From contig JAHLWZ010000808.1 in NCBI GenBank assembly GCA_020536535.1, forward strand, positions 66,493-130,492: a DNA stretch of 64,000 bases. The letters run 5' to 3'. Below are positions 1 through 13,453 of this stretch, one piece after another (the stretch's first letter is position 1; each line of letters starts with the position of its first letter). This DNA comes from Pelomyxa schiedti (lineage: Eukaryota; Protista; Evosea). A program made the translations under genes and the position numbers. The notes below the pieces were generated by a model. That model saw nothing but the letters and a program-made list of their open reading frames with translations. It had not been told where the DNA came from and did no database searches.

Positions 1-2130
1 AGAATTGGTTTAGTTAGGATCTCAGTTACACCAACGGGTCAAGTAGGCAAATCTCCTGTGTTCATTATTCACTGAAAATAGGTCACCCTTGCATTGGCAC
101 CCCACTTCTTACAAGGAAATCTTGGCAGATACTCTTGGGTGGAGTATATCCCCAGAGCTGGCTGGTTCCCATCAGGAGAAGAGGTTCCATAAAACTGGCA
201 CTATGCATCCCTAATTCTTTTGGCAGGTGTGGGCCCAGCTACTGGATCGAGCTCAACAACGAATTGTACTCGTTTCCATTTCAACTGGAAACTTTACAAG
301 TGGTACAACGCCAACTGTGTGCGAGCTATGGAGTGAAACCTCGGAGCTGTGGATAAATGTTTGATTCTGATTTCTACTTTCCTAATAGCTTGCAGATTTC
401 TCACATAATGCATCCCATGAAAGATAATCGTGTGATTTGGTCCAGTGAAAAAACTGGGTTCAGGCAACTCTACCTCCTCACTCCAAATGGTTGGCAGAAC
501 ACTGTATATTCTCAATTTCCTCATCTTTCCCTCAAAACAAGGAAACTGTCGTCAGCTCACAGGTCACACTTCAAAACAAGAATGGCAAGTAGACAGTGAT
601 TTTGTATTTGTGGACGAGCAGCACCAAGTGGTGTACTTTTCTGGCACGTGTGACAACTTACTGCAGCACCACTTATATGCTGCCTCTTTTGCCCCAGGTG
701 CAGATACAATGTCAGTTGTAAGGTTTTGTGCAGCTACATAATAATAGTAGTTAATTTTTACCCACAGGCTCACTATAGAAGGCTACCATCACGAAAACAT
801 TTCTGTTGATACACAATTAGGGCTTGCTATTTCAATTCAATCGAGCAAGTCAGAACAACAACATTCTTATATCTATTCCTTGCATTTTGAACCCCATTCC
901 TTGTTGCCTTCTGCAACTGTGATAGCGCGTCTCGTAATCCTTCCCATAGGTACAACTTCCTTTTAATGAAATCTAGTGGTGCCCTCGACAAAGTCCCACA
1001 TTCCCAGATGACTTGACTATTCCCAAGTTATTCAATTTCGCGACAAATCATCATGGTACTCATTTTCTCCTTGTCTCACATTTGATCCAATCGTAGGCTT
1101 CAAACTCTATGGCTGTTATTTCGCACCAAAGAACTTGGACAATAATAAGCGATATCCCTGCATAGGTTTCTCTAGGTGAATTCAACCTGTTCCTTCTAAT
1201 GATTTTAAGTTCATATTTATGGTGGACCCTTAGTACAGGTACCCACACTTACCTTTGCCTTCCTAATTTTTCCCAGTCCGTCAATGATTCATTTGCCACA
1301 ACCAATCAATCGTTCTTTCAACTTTATGCCTCACTGGGTTATTTTGTTGTTTGTATTGATAATGTTGGGTCATGTAACCGAGGTAAGAGGTAACCTAAAA
1401 TTGCTATTCTCTTCCAAATACTCAGGGCTTGCCTTCGAAGGCCTTATAAAATACAAGATGGGATCTGTTGAAATACCTGACCAGGTGAACTTCTATTCCG
1501 GAATAAGAATTTGCCTCACTATTCCGTTCCCTCTTTGTAGGTGGCAGGAGTAGAGTATCTCATATCCCAAGGAATTCCAATAGATCGAGATAGAATAGGC
1601 ATCTTTGGGTGGAGTTATGGTGGCTATGCTTCCGCAATGGCGCTCTGTCAGCGGCCAGACTTCTTCAAAGTGGCTATTGTGATAGCGCCGGTTACCTTAT
1701 GGGAAGCCTATGACACAGGTATGCGCCCTTAATTTCTCTGCCCCACAAGACTGAGACACACAGGATATACCGAGAGGTACATGGGACTTCCATCTGAGCA
1801 AGCCCCCAACTACAAAAATGCATCGGTGATCACCCATGCCACTGGATTTCCTTCCCAGTATGGGCTCAATTCTTCTCTAATGAACAACACACAACATGGC
1901 ATACACACCTACAAACACTTTTCAGGGAAGGAAGGCTTATGCTCTGCCATGGGTTGCAGGACGAGAACGTGCACTTTGCACACACATCACGGCTTATATC
2001 CGTACTCAATGCAAATGCCATACCATACAAGTTACTTGTGTTCCCCTCTGAGAGACACGGAGTCTGTGGCTATGCAAACAGGGTGTTCTTGGAGGGTGAA
2101 ATCCTCAGGTTCTTCACTCAGCACTTGTAA
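1..2130 (+). CDS. Dipeptidyl peptidase 8/9-like (S9B), 5'-truncated by window edge, multi-exon
   Basis: Spliced translation gives EYIPRAGW..VWAQLLDRAQ, IYGGPLVQ, nucleophile GWSYGG (~1607-1624), HGLQDENVHFAHT (Asp) and ERHG (His); stop at 2128-2130; introns mostly ~37-55 nt GT-AG. Confidence 0.93.
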
Positions 2131-2170
2131 AAAAAAAGTCGTTTTTCAGAGAAATCAGAGGAAGTTCTTT

Positions 2171-4785
2171 TTATTCATGTACGGTCACAACTAAACCAGA
2201 GCAACCTTTGCAAAACATTTTGAACTTGTAGCGATATTGCGGGGGCGTTATCTTTATCACACTGGAATTTCTTTTGAAGGAAATAGTCTCCACAGACCCA
2301 CCCTCACTCAGCAGGTCCTGTACATTGCGTTATTCAGAACAACATGTGTTCACATCGTTTCTACCTGAGTGATTGTATCAATCACGTCTTTGATTGTCTG
2401 GTTTGGTTCCACAAGCACAGATAAACATTCGCCTTTGATTTCCACTTCAACCAGAACATGTTCCTCCTCGACCACTTCCTGCCTCTGAACTGGTAGTGGT
2501 TGTACTTGCATTGAAGTGGGAGGTGGAGCTGCAGGTGTGAGTGCAGGTGCCGTTGGGGTTGGAGTTGGCACAGTTGTTGAAGATGCTGCAGTCTGGTGTT
2601 CCCCTGGTTGTGTGTGCTGGGGTACAGACTGGGCTTGCTGAGGAGGTGGCACTTGTGCCTGAGGTCGGGGTTGTGAGTCGGTGGTCTTGGTAATTCCTGG
2701 TTCTCCGGCTTCCTTCTTTTTTTGCTGTAATTCCATGAACTTGGGCTTTCCAAGAATAGTCACAAGGGTGCCGAATAATGAGCCATTCACTGCAATATGG
2801 ACATCAGAAAAGATGATCTTTTCTGCCAGAGCCTTGCTTTTAGAAGCATTTAGTGCCGACACGAATGAACTGAGATAAATCTTATTGGGAGTACTATAAT
2901 CTGCTTCTGAGCCAGCAAAGAGCTCTGGGTGATCTAGAACAGCTTCAGGGTTCTGCTGCGCAATTCCATTAAGTGTTGACGAATCCAGCCGAGAAGCTAG
3001 CACAGGATACCGCAGGATGCATGCTGGTTGTCCTCTGGCAAGTGCATTGAGAGTTTGTGAGTTCACTTTGAACAAATTTCTGTTTATGTACTCAGCAAGT
3101 AAGGAAACGATCTTGGGATCTAAGAGAAGTTAAAAGAGAGCACTATGTGCAATGTCATACTGGATGCTGCCTCTTTCAAGGAGAATTCGAGCGCTTGAGA
3201 AGCAGAAGAACCATAGATAGTACCCTCTGTATCATACTGCAGAAGAAATTCCAGTAATTCAACAGACCCCAGGGTACAAGCAATGGATATAGGTGTAGGA
3301 AGACCACTAGTCTGGCCTCGGAGCAATCCAGGAAGTGCCATTGGTGGAGTATGCTCGAAAATGCACCGTAAGATTTGAATTATCACAGGGAAAACTGCAC
3401 TTCCACAGTGCAGGTATCTAGACACCATTGCACTTACGATGTCATGGGTAGTGACTGTGATGTGGGAGATTTTTTCTTCTAACTGTTCAGGAGTAGATAA
3501 TGCCAGGAGCTGCCGCTTTTCATATGTAGAAGAGGAACTGGAAAAGGGTTACACAATTACAAATATTAGCCATACGAGATTAGTCTAATTTCTTTTATGC
3601 AGCTAGTGCAAGCAACAAACACGGTATTGTCTGCCAAATCTATGCAAATTCCACGGCAATTTTGAAGGCATGTGCTCTGCAGAGTACCGTCGGCCATCGT
3701 ATTACGTATTCCGCCAGATTGTGGTACTAATTGTTCGTTAGAAGAAGCCGTGAGGAAAACAAACATACTGCAAAATGACATAGTTTCATCACAGACCCAA
3801 AGGTTTCCTTGAAGGTCACACAAAATTCCTTTTATTTGATTTGGCCACCTTGTATATGCGGTTCTTGGCGGTTCTATCCCATTGACAGTATCTTTTACAT
3901 GTCAAAAGGTGTCCATGTGCAAGAAACTACCATTCAAAGGGACTTCCCAGACCAACTTAGTGGAATCAAGGACGTAAAGGATCTGGCGAATGGGGTCTAG
4001 TGCCAAGTGTTCTGGATGGGAAAGCGAAAGAGTAAGTCCGTCTGTATTTTGGACACTCCAATTTGCTCCTCGTACAACGGTAACATTTCCTAAGTGGTGA
4101 TGGGTGGTGGCTTGAGACAAGAGGAAAGTAAACCTTCTGCAATTTTTCTGATACAGTTGTTATTGTAGTCCGCCACATATATCACCCCCGAAATGGGATC
4201 TGACACCATACCCATCGGACCATTGAATTTACATTCACTTAGAGGCCCGTCTTGACATCCAGACACGCAATTTCCCGCAAAAAGGCTCACTGTGTTTTCT
4301 TCTAGGAAGTTGGATTGAAAAGAATGGAAAAGCAATTTCTACCATGAATCTTTCTAATGCAGTTACTGCCAGTATCTGAGACGAGCAGTGCCCCATCTCT
4401 TGTGACTACCATGCTGTGAATACGCCTAAATAAAGCTTCCGAAACAGGGCCGTCACGATAACCGTGCTCATTTTCTGGATTACGCGGAAGTATTGTAGTG
4501 ACATTTTTGTCTGTGGATAGAAACTAAGTCAGCTTGTGGGAACTGTGTCGATAGACGACCTGTTATCTTTCGGATAACATTATATCCTTCTTCCAGAACA
4601 TACAACTCCATCCTCAAGAAATCAAAAGCCATTCCTGAGGCATAAGTAAAACTGGAGCTACTCCTTGGCCCGTCATTGTACCCAGACTGATACTGGAACT
4701 GATAGTAGTTCTCTGATACCTTGTACTGTTGACTTAGAGCTCCTGCCTTGGTGGACACAGTATATAGGTTAGGGTGTGCTAACAT
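2171..4785 (-). CDS. NHL-repeat (beta-propeller) protein with ankyrin-like segment, Pro/Gln linker and possible ubiquitin/PB1-like C-terminus
   Basis: Repeated NHL motifs GYNDGP..F..ASGMAFD..NVIRKI, GYRDGP..DTGSNCIRKI, GCQDGP..FNGPMGM..VADYNNNCIRKI; PISIACTLGSVELLEFLL; last exon ends GLVVTVHE* at 2171. Confidence 0.75.
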
Positions 4786-4954
4786 GATCGAGTTTCTCTG
4801 TTTTAGGTAATGAGAAAAATGGACTTTGTTGTAAAAGAGATACTTTCTCACCAAAAACTAACTTGGTGGGAACTTGCTTTTGTACGTCATTTATGGAGGG
4901 ATTCAATTGCGGGGAACCACTTTTTTTTTTCGTACAGTAAAACATTGATCTAAT

Positions 4955-7900
4955 TTACACATTCATTCTCTTTTTGAATTTTCCCCAGCCTTCTTGCAGC
5001 TTCATCTTAGAGGCAGAAGCCATGTCAGTCAACTGTTCTGGTAATTCAATGTTGATGCCTGGGGTGTTGGGGTTGTGTGAGGATGCTGATGATGGGTGAG
5101 ATGTGTGTGGTATGGAAGGTAGACTGCTTGGGGGTACTGAAGGAAGGGAGGGAAACAGTGAGGTGAGTTTGTTCCCACTAGGTGCCGGCATGGGTGTGGG
5201 AGTTGGTGTGGGTGGTGGTGCGGGTGCAGTTGTAGTTGTAATTGTGGCTGTAGGTGGGGGCGCCGGTCCAGGTGTTGTGCTGGTTTTAGGTGCCGCTGCC
5301 GCAGTGGTCGCGGCGGCAGTGTGGGGTGTGGGTTGGTTCCCTGGCGGCATTGAAGGGGTGGTTGAAGTCCCAGGTACTGATGGGAGGGAAGTTTGTGATA
5401 TTGATGGTAGGGTGGCTATTGCTGGAAGGTGGGTATGGGATGGAGAATTCGTTGCGCTTGGTGCTGGTTTTGGTTGTGGTTGTGGTTGTGGTGCTGCTGA
5501 GGCTGTGTGAGTGACAGTGTGTGCCGGTTGCGGTGGAGGGTTTACCTTCGCCGGCGGAGGTTTTGTGTGTTCAGTATTTGATGTTTGTTGATGTTGTGAG
5601 TGCTGTGGGTGAAGCATAAACTGTGCTACTTTTGCTAAAGCGTCAGCTGGAGATTGGGAGGGTGTACTCACCGATGTAGCACTTGCTGAAGGGCGAGGTT
5701 GAGTTGAGATTGGAGATGGGACAGCTGTGGATGGGGGACGTGATGTAGTAGAAGGTGGCAACTGTGGCACTAATGGTGCCGAGACAGTAGATTTTTCTAT
5801 TAGAACACTAGGAGCAGGTTCAGTAGACGGAACTGAAGCTGCAGCGGCTTGGGTCTCAGCGGTCTTCTGTTGTTTAAGCACTTGTTCTGTAAGGGTTTTA
5901 ATTCGCTCTTTGTCATACTCTGCCTCTCGCTCAAGGGCACTTATTTTCTTTCAAGAAATGAACTCTTAAGAAGGAAGGTAAGGGAAGCAAACAGCTTTCA
6001 AGGCGTCTAAGTCGCTATCTTTGTTTTTGATTTCAGTCTTCATCGTAGAATTTTCAGATTCCTATGTCTGGTAAGGTATAGCAAAATATGGATGCTTTTT
6101 TTTATTACTAGAGCAGTTATTCTTGCCCGAAACAGGGTCAATGCGTCTTCATGTGCCTGATTTTTTACACGTATTTCATCTTTAAGTAACACTATTTGAG
6201 ATTCGGCTTTCTTTCTTAGCTGCTCAGCCCTTTACGTCAGTCAGGTGTGTGAATATGAACACAATATACAGACTCTGTATTCACAACAGTGAGACTCTCA
6301 ATAATAGATTTCATCTGACGCATAGGAACAGAGGGGAATTGCTCTTCAAGCATACGTAAAAATCTTTTTGAGGTTACTACTTATTGGTACTGATCAGTCT
6401 GCCATACCTGCGATTTTCTGACGCTAATGCATTATTCTTTGCCGTTAAATCTTCGTTTTCCTGCATGAGGGAGTTTATCTGCAAACATATTAAGTGCCAG
6501 CCCAAAACTTCAAACACATGTACTTTGTGGGCTTTGGCATCTTCTGATGTCAAACGGGCCAGCAGGTCACATTTGACAACTACAAATTGCTGCTCCAAAT
6601 TGGAATATGCTTCTTGTGTCTGATGCAGTTGCTTTTGTAAGGTGTCTGTTTCAACTCTGAATTACGGTGTTGGGAGGTCCCAAAAAGCTTAAAAAGGGTA
6701 CTGATGATTCTTGGCTTGTAGACTGAGTTCCTCACTCATAGCTTGCTTGAGTCGGTCTAAAGTTGCATTTGGTTGGTTGATCAGTCTCATGTGTATCAAG
6801 GGACCTAAGAAAAATTGAATGCAATAGTTTGATAAGATCAATTATACCTGCAGAACCAGGAGTCATGCAGGCTGGGTTCCATTTAGGACCATGGAATGCA
6901 AGATCCACATTTTCAAGTTGCAACTCCACCGATTGTTCAACTAATGTACTCGTCAGTGCTGTTTCATGTTCCAAGGAGTTTATTTGTCAAGGAAATTGAC
7001 TCACCGATGTCAATTAGAGGAGTGTCTGGCGCAGGATTTAGAGCCTTTATCTTTTCTCTGTTTTTCTTGATCTTTTCCCCTATCAGCAACAACTTGTCTG
7101 GGACGGTTCCAGAAGCCTGTGACGCATGAATCCAGATTTCATTTAGTTCATTTGTACCTGAATTTGAAAGCTTGAAACAGAAACAGAGCCCCGAGCAGAG
7201 AGGCGCTTCTGTGTGAATGTAAACGCACAGTATTTGGAAAAATAAAACCTCAGATAACGCCAATTCCCCTTTATAAGAAATCTCGACCATGGATTCATTT
7301 TTATTGACAATAGCTTCTCCAATGGTTGACCCACTTCCGCCGATTGGTAGAAGATGGAAGGTCACAGGATTTCCTGGGAAGCTGAGTAACCTCCCCTGAA
7401 GGAAGTTAAATTAAATTCGGTAATCACTAGGTACTACCTGTATCCCCTTACAGGTGGCTGAAACAATAGACAAAAAGACAGAAAGAAAAGGTCAGTCTAC
7501 AAAAGATACATGTTGTTCCCAACCAAAAAAACTGAAAGGCACTACAGGAATCAAAGAAGTTTCTAAGGTGCATTTTGTTTCTTCAATAAGCACAGAACAC
7601 AGCTGTTCTTCTTGGTCTTTGGAAGAATTATTGATGTAGTTGGTTTATTTTTTTAGGAAGGAATTACCTGTAGTTTGTCGAGAAAAAATATTAGTGACAT
7701 CTTGGACTGTTTTGAAAGTAGCCAAAGATTCCTCAGAAAGAGAGCCAATGTAATCTTTTGAGTGTGGGTTTTAAGATCTTATTGGAGGAGGTACCAAGGA
7801 CTTCAGTAATTGATGTTGTTGAGGCTGATATATCAACTTTCACTGGGCCCAACGTGAATTTACTCTGTGTCCTATCTTTGTTAATACTACAAAGGGCATT

Positions 7901-10766
7901 TGTGGGTACCTTAGATTCAATAATGAAAGGGGGTGCACAGGAATTGCGTTTTGGTGAGCGGTTGTTACAGAAGTAGATGTATGTGGACCATGGGAATTGG
8001 TTATGGGAGGTGAATGTGGAATTGTAGCAGTAACACTAGCGAGTACAGTTAGCCCCTTCCGTATTGTGGAAGACAAGATCTGCACATGAGGTTTTAGGAT
8101 TGCAAGTAATGCAATAAGTGAGGATTCTGTTCCACAGTTAGTGATTTTCAATTTGATCTCCTATACGATGTAATGACAGGATGACTGAAGATATTTGTGC
8201 ATCAAATTGCCCTTTTGCAATTTCTTGCTAGTAAACTTAGAAGACAAAAAAAAAAAAAAAAGATAAACCGTGGGATCTAGGGTGACATTGAAATTTTTAG
8301 TAAAAAGCTGCCAGGGTGCAACCTCAAACTAAAAAGGAAAAACAGTGAGCTGGAAGACATATTAAACTATGCGTTGTAAAAACCTGAACGGCAATGGATA
8401 TGGGGTGAAGTAAAAGGGGTGCCGAAGAAGCATTCTCCCCTCGTTCTATAGAATCACAAAACCCAAGGGAAAGTGCATCAAAAGATAACTATCAAAAAGT
8501 TACCAGTCATCATTAAGGAACAGAACGTTACTGTTGCTGGTAGTCCGGGGTTTGTGGGATCCACTTGGGTGTTCGGTTTGTTTACCAGACAACACATAGA
8601 TTTTAGGTGAACTGCCAGTGTATGAGGAGATAGATTGCATCGCAGTTTCACAAGAATGTCCCCTACCTATGAGTAGACAAGAATTTATTTGTTAAACTTG
8701 AGGTCATTCATGAAATGGGTCAACATTCACGGTCATCTGGCATTTCTTCAGCTTTTGTAAATGCTTAGCCAGGGGAGTTGTTGGTGTGCTACCAGATGAT
8801 AATGAGGGAGCCAAAACTATGCCTGCCAGATTTTGAAATATTGGACTTGTGATTAATGCATAGTCCTGTGCATCAACAAACATTTCAAGTGGCGCTACTT
8901 CAATTCCAAGTTCAGCCAGTCCCCCTTTCATCACGAATCTGCCAGTTGTTAATGAACTCTGGAGAATGAGGGGAATGGGGCCTACTGTATTTGCAAGAAT
9001 TTCTTTTCTGGATGGGTGGAAAGTAATGGTGGGACTTTTAACTGAGGTGATTTGATTACAAAGGAAGATAATCCGGCGGAAATAGACAACAGAAGGTGTT
9101 TTCTCTTTTTTTTGGTAGAGTGACCAGTGGGGTCTGTGATAGCTCTAAGAGCTGTTACTTAGAGAAATTAGGTAATCTTAACCTACTGGTCTAGGGTTGA
9201 GGCAACCATAGCATTTAGACCATGTGCTTCAGCATAAAGGGCTCCAAACTTGATGTGCATTGTTGATATGTTGGCCTCCATGGAAACTATAAGTCCACTG
9301 TCTTGGGAGTCCTTCTAAAAGTTAAAACGTTGCGTAAAATGGCTTGTGTGTTGTACTGTTTCTTCAATTTCGAGTTCTGGTGTCAAATCCTGTGTAAAGT
9401 TAGAATGGAAACAAAGTAAAAAGTTCGCCAGGTACCTCGAGATCTGCATCTACAGTAGGTAACTCTTCACCTTCGTTCTCGCCATGTGACAGGGTCTCCA
9501 ATTCCAGTCCCAGTCCCGGGATGTTTATTTCCGCCACTTAGGTATTTAGACATTTCCCACCATTTCATGGTTGTACCTTTAGCTCCAGAAGTGTCGCGAG
9601 AGAAACACCATTGAGTAGCTGCCAGGAAATGAAAGCCGATGCCAAGGCTGCTATCGTCCAGTGAAACATCGATAGTAGGGACGCTTCCACCCAATTTCAC
9701 TTCAATAAGCCGGCCTGTCTTAGCATGCCTCAAGATTGCTACCTTCACATTTTTTTGGTTAGAGAATTATTATTCCTTATGCCTAGATACATGGCTGTTA
9801 AATGGAGCGATAGACATAATGTGTAGTGGAGCAGGTTTGGTGACAGGAGCATGGTCAGTAGAGTCTCTTGTGTGGCAAAGAGATACTGTTATCTGAGAGG
9901 AAAGTTATGTAAGACTACATCCCTTTGTGTGCAAATACCTGTCCAAGGACAATCTCCTTATAAATTGTGACCTCTCGCTTTCCTGCATTCATTTGCTTGA
10001 GTACTTCCAGATCAACAACCTTACGATTGTTGGAAAAGAAAAGTCAGAACGCACCTACCCTTCTTTGTGAATTAGTAGAGAACAAATCAAAAGAATCCAC
10101 AGTGATTTCACAGAATTGAGTGCATTTAAGAAAGTGTGCTTGTAAGTGCATGTTTGTGACTTGTACATGAACATTTTCCAACAGTGTGTCAATAAAACCA
10201 CGGGACTCTGTAGAATCTGTATTTCCTCTAAATGTAACGAGGAGTGAGGATAATTCTTGTGTGTCAAAATTTTAACAAACAAACAGGGAGTGCTGTGAAA
10301 TTAATTACTGAAAAAGGGAAATACTGACATACTTCAAAATTTTCTTCACTGCAGACATGTCAGGTAAAACTACAAGTTCTTCTGCCTCTTTTATAATTAC
10401 ATTTACATCTGAAATGCTCACAAATATAGGTTCATGCTTCAAGTTTGTCCAGGGGACCTGAATAAAATGAATTCCAGTAAGAGCAAGTAGGAGGAAGTAA
10501 TACTCGAATTTTTAGAGCTCCCACAGTAACACGCTTAAGCTCCAACGTTGGGGGAAGGTGCATCAAGTGTTGGACAACCTGTTCATTCAATTCTTTCCCC
10601 ATTATTCGAAATTCACGCACTGCAATAAGCAAAATCGTAGAATACCCATGTTGTTCAAGCGCACTTCGCCCTTCAACAAGCTCAATGACATGTTTTTGTC
10701 CGAAGATCTCAAGAACACCCTCATGTAGTCACGCAGCACCTTGTTCAACACTCCCGCTGCCGCCAT
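4955..10766 (-). CDS. Chorein-N bridge-like lipid transfer protein, BLTP3/UHRF1BP1 (SHIP164)-like, with C-terminal coiled coil and Pro-rich tail
   Basis: N-terminus MAAAGVLNKVLRDYMRVFL..MSLSLLKGEVRLNNMELNEQVVQHLMHLPPTLEL..VPWTNLKHEPI, plus GFIDTLLENV and REVTIYKEI, match the BLTP3 N-terminal pattern. A single gene through to 4955 is inferred from continuous exon/intron structure. Confidence 0.75.
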
Positions 10767-10937
10767 TTATTCCCTTTTTCTCGTCCTTCCGCCTCCTTTT
10801 TGTTGACTTCTCTTGTTTCGAGTGGTTTTTTTTATGAACTTTTGATCTAGATGGTAGGTTTTTTTTTGTTCGTTTTTTTTGTTTGGGTGCTAGGCATTCC
10901 TACCCGGATGCCATTGGCATTAGGGTTTTTTTTAATC

Positions 10938-13377
10938 CTAATTCTTTTTGAGGGATGGTATTTGGAATCCACCACCAAGAAGTGCTAAGAGAGCCTCCTA
11001 TGTAGAATGAATTAGTGACCTGTTCCTTTCAATACATCTATCCCATTTGAACGAGTAGAATTGGGGAGGTACCTGTTTCTCGGGATTTCTTGTCCTTGAT
11101 GTACCACTAGCAGTACCACCACGGGATTGTGTTGCTTTAGTTGATTTCGCTGCCCGTGTTGGTGCCCGCTTCGTGGTTGTCTTTGTGGGTTTGGGTGCTT
11201 TTGTGTGAGGCGGCTCCTGTGTGGCTGTATTCTTCGCTGCCGCCGGTGCCTTTCTTCCGCGTTTTTTTGGAGGTTCTTCTGGTTGTGCATCCGTGGTTTT
11301 CTTGGGATCGGTATCCTTGTTTCCTTTTTTGGTGTGCTTGACCTTGGAAGCCTCTTCATCTTTTGAAGGCTCGGCGCTCGGTGGTTTACCTGTTATGGGG
11401 TGCGTCTGCTGTGTGCCGCTTTCCGGTGCTGGCAAAGGTTTTTTTGAAGCAGTGCGCTTTGATGTTTTCACAGATTCCTCTTCCGTAGTTTCCTTGGGTA
11501 CTGCTTCTTGGGGCTTTTTGGGTTCTTCCTCCTTTGCTGGGGGAACTACTGTTCCCAATCCTTTATGAGAATCACTTGAGTCTGTTTGCTCTTTGCCAGC
11601 CTTTGGGTCTGTTTCAGTCACATTCTCCTCTTTCCCTCCCGCTGTGGAACCGTTGGGTGCAGTAATGGACTTTTCTGGCACAGATTCACTACTCTTGTGG
11701 GCTTGTTCTACTGTTGGTTTGATTCCATCTGACATAACCTCTTGCTTCGCAGGCTCTTCTTTACTTGTATGTTGGACTCGTGAAGGGTCATTTGTTGCGT
11801 CAGATTTTCCATCTGTTTTCCCCTCTGAGCTTGCTTCTGTCACTTTCTTTGGGATATCTTCCCGTTGCTTGCTTGCTTCAGTCCTTGCTTCATCATCTTC
11901 CTTCTTGGCAACAGGGGGTTTACCTCTGAGTCTCTGTTTTGGTTCTGGTTTAGGAAGTTTCTCTTCTTTTTTTGTTCTTGCCGGCTTGAGATCCTTTTTG
12001 TGTGTTCTTGTAGTTTTTCCTCCCACCTTTATTTCATCTTGCTGGAGGTCTTCTTTATTGGCTGTTGGTTCTCTGTTGCCTCTGTTTTTCGCTTTTTCTT
12101 CCGGCACACTGCTTGCTTTCTTGGCTTGAGATGACTTCGGGTGTTCACTCTCCTCAACTGGGGGTGGGATAACTGCAATTGGTTCTACGGGAGTATTGTG
12201 TTTACGAAGTCTATGCTTTTTGGCAGGAGGGGCAGCCACATCAGTGACTTCACAAATTGATGCGGCAGTTGGAGTCACAGAGGCAGTTTTGGTTGTATCA
12301 ATTAGGGTACTAGAGTTTTCCACATTTTGACGAGGTTTCAAGGCATGAGACTCCACAGGAGCGTTATAGGGTTTGTCATTTTTCCTCTTCCTGGACAGAT
12401 TTTCGTTGTCACGTGTGTTTTCACACTGTGTTGCTTCAGGCATATGTGGACAGGAGCCAGGTTCAACACTCTGAAGAGCTGCTCCACTTTTCACTGAGTC
12501 AGTTGTCTTGGAGGATTGGTCCGTAGCACTCATGGGGAGACCAACTGTGGAACAAGAAAGCAGACCATTGAAGCCTGAGGTGCACTGGAGAGTAATGAAT
12601 TGAAGGGGGAAAAAAAGGATCGATTACAAGTGTCCTTAGAGCTTCAAACTGGGTTTTTTTCTCCTCTATCAAAACTTGATTTCTTTTCTGAGCCTTATAT
12701 ATTAGAGGAAACTTAGTAGAGCGAACACACATTTCGGTCATTCAACTCCATTTCCTTGTGGCACATCATGCAGCAGCACTTGATTGGTGTGGGTAAATTT
12801 TTCCCTGGGGAACTACGCTTTGAACTAAAGGCACTCAACTGAAGCTGTAAGTGAGACTTCTCCAACAGATGAGAAGCTCTCTCCAACCCTATATCAACTG
12901 CGTCACTCTCCAACAACTCCATATAAACAACAACACCAGCAACAACAATAACAACAACAAAAACAACAACACCGCCGAACCGACTGCCACCGAGTACTAC
13001 ATACAATTGCTGAAGCCCAGCTTATGTATCTCCACGCCCAGCAGCGAAGCGGTGCAGCGGTCCTCGGCCCGCACCATCCTCAGCTCCGCAAATGGCTTGG
13101 CGTGGGACCACGGCACCCGCGCCAGCGTCTGCGCGGGCCGGTAGTCCAGCGGCGCCCAGGGCTCCCAGCTCCGCCTGCCTCCCTCCCCCTGCGCCCCGAG
13201 CCCTGCGCCCTCCCCGTCCTCCTCCTCCGCCCTGGCCCCGCCCCCCGTCCCTGCCGCCTCGTACTCGTCTTCCCCCTGCTGCCCCTCTCGCTGGTGGGCC
13301 ACCGCCTGTTGGGCACTCGAGTGGCTCGTGTCCTTTTCTTGCTTGACGGCAACCAGCCGTTGCTGTGTCTGCTGCAT
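10938..13377 (-). CDS. Hypothetical protein with long charged/low-complexity (K/E/T/P) C-terminal region
   Basis: GC-rich first exon ORF 12997-13377, short middle exons, 511-aa ORF 10998-12533, and terminal exon EALLALLGGGFQIPSLKKN* after a GT-AG intron. Confidence 0.6.
12924..12972. repeat. Imperfect (AAC)n microsatellite, probably intronic
   Basis: aaacaacaacaccagcaacaacaataacaacaacaaaaacaacaac. Confidence 0.7.
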
Positions 13378-13453
13378 GGCCTTGGAGTGAGTATTCTAGT
13401 GCGAGAAAAAAAAAAGTGCACAGAATTTTTTTCTTTGTATTATTGCGCACTGA

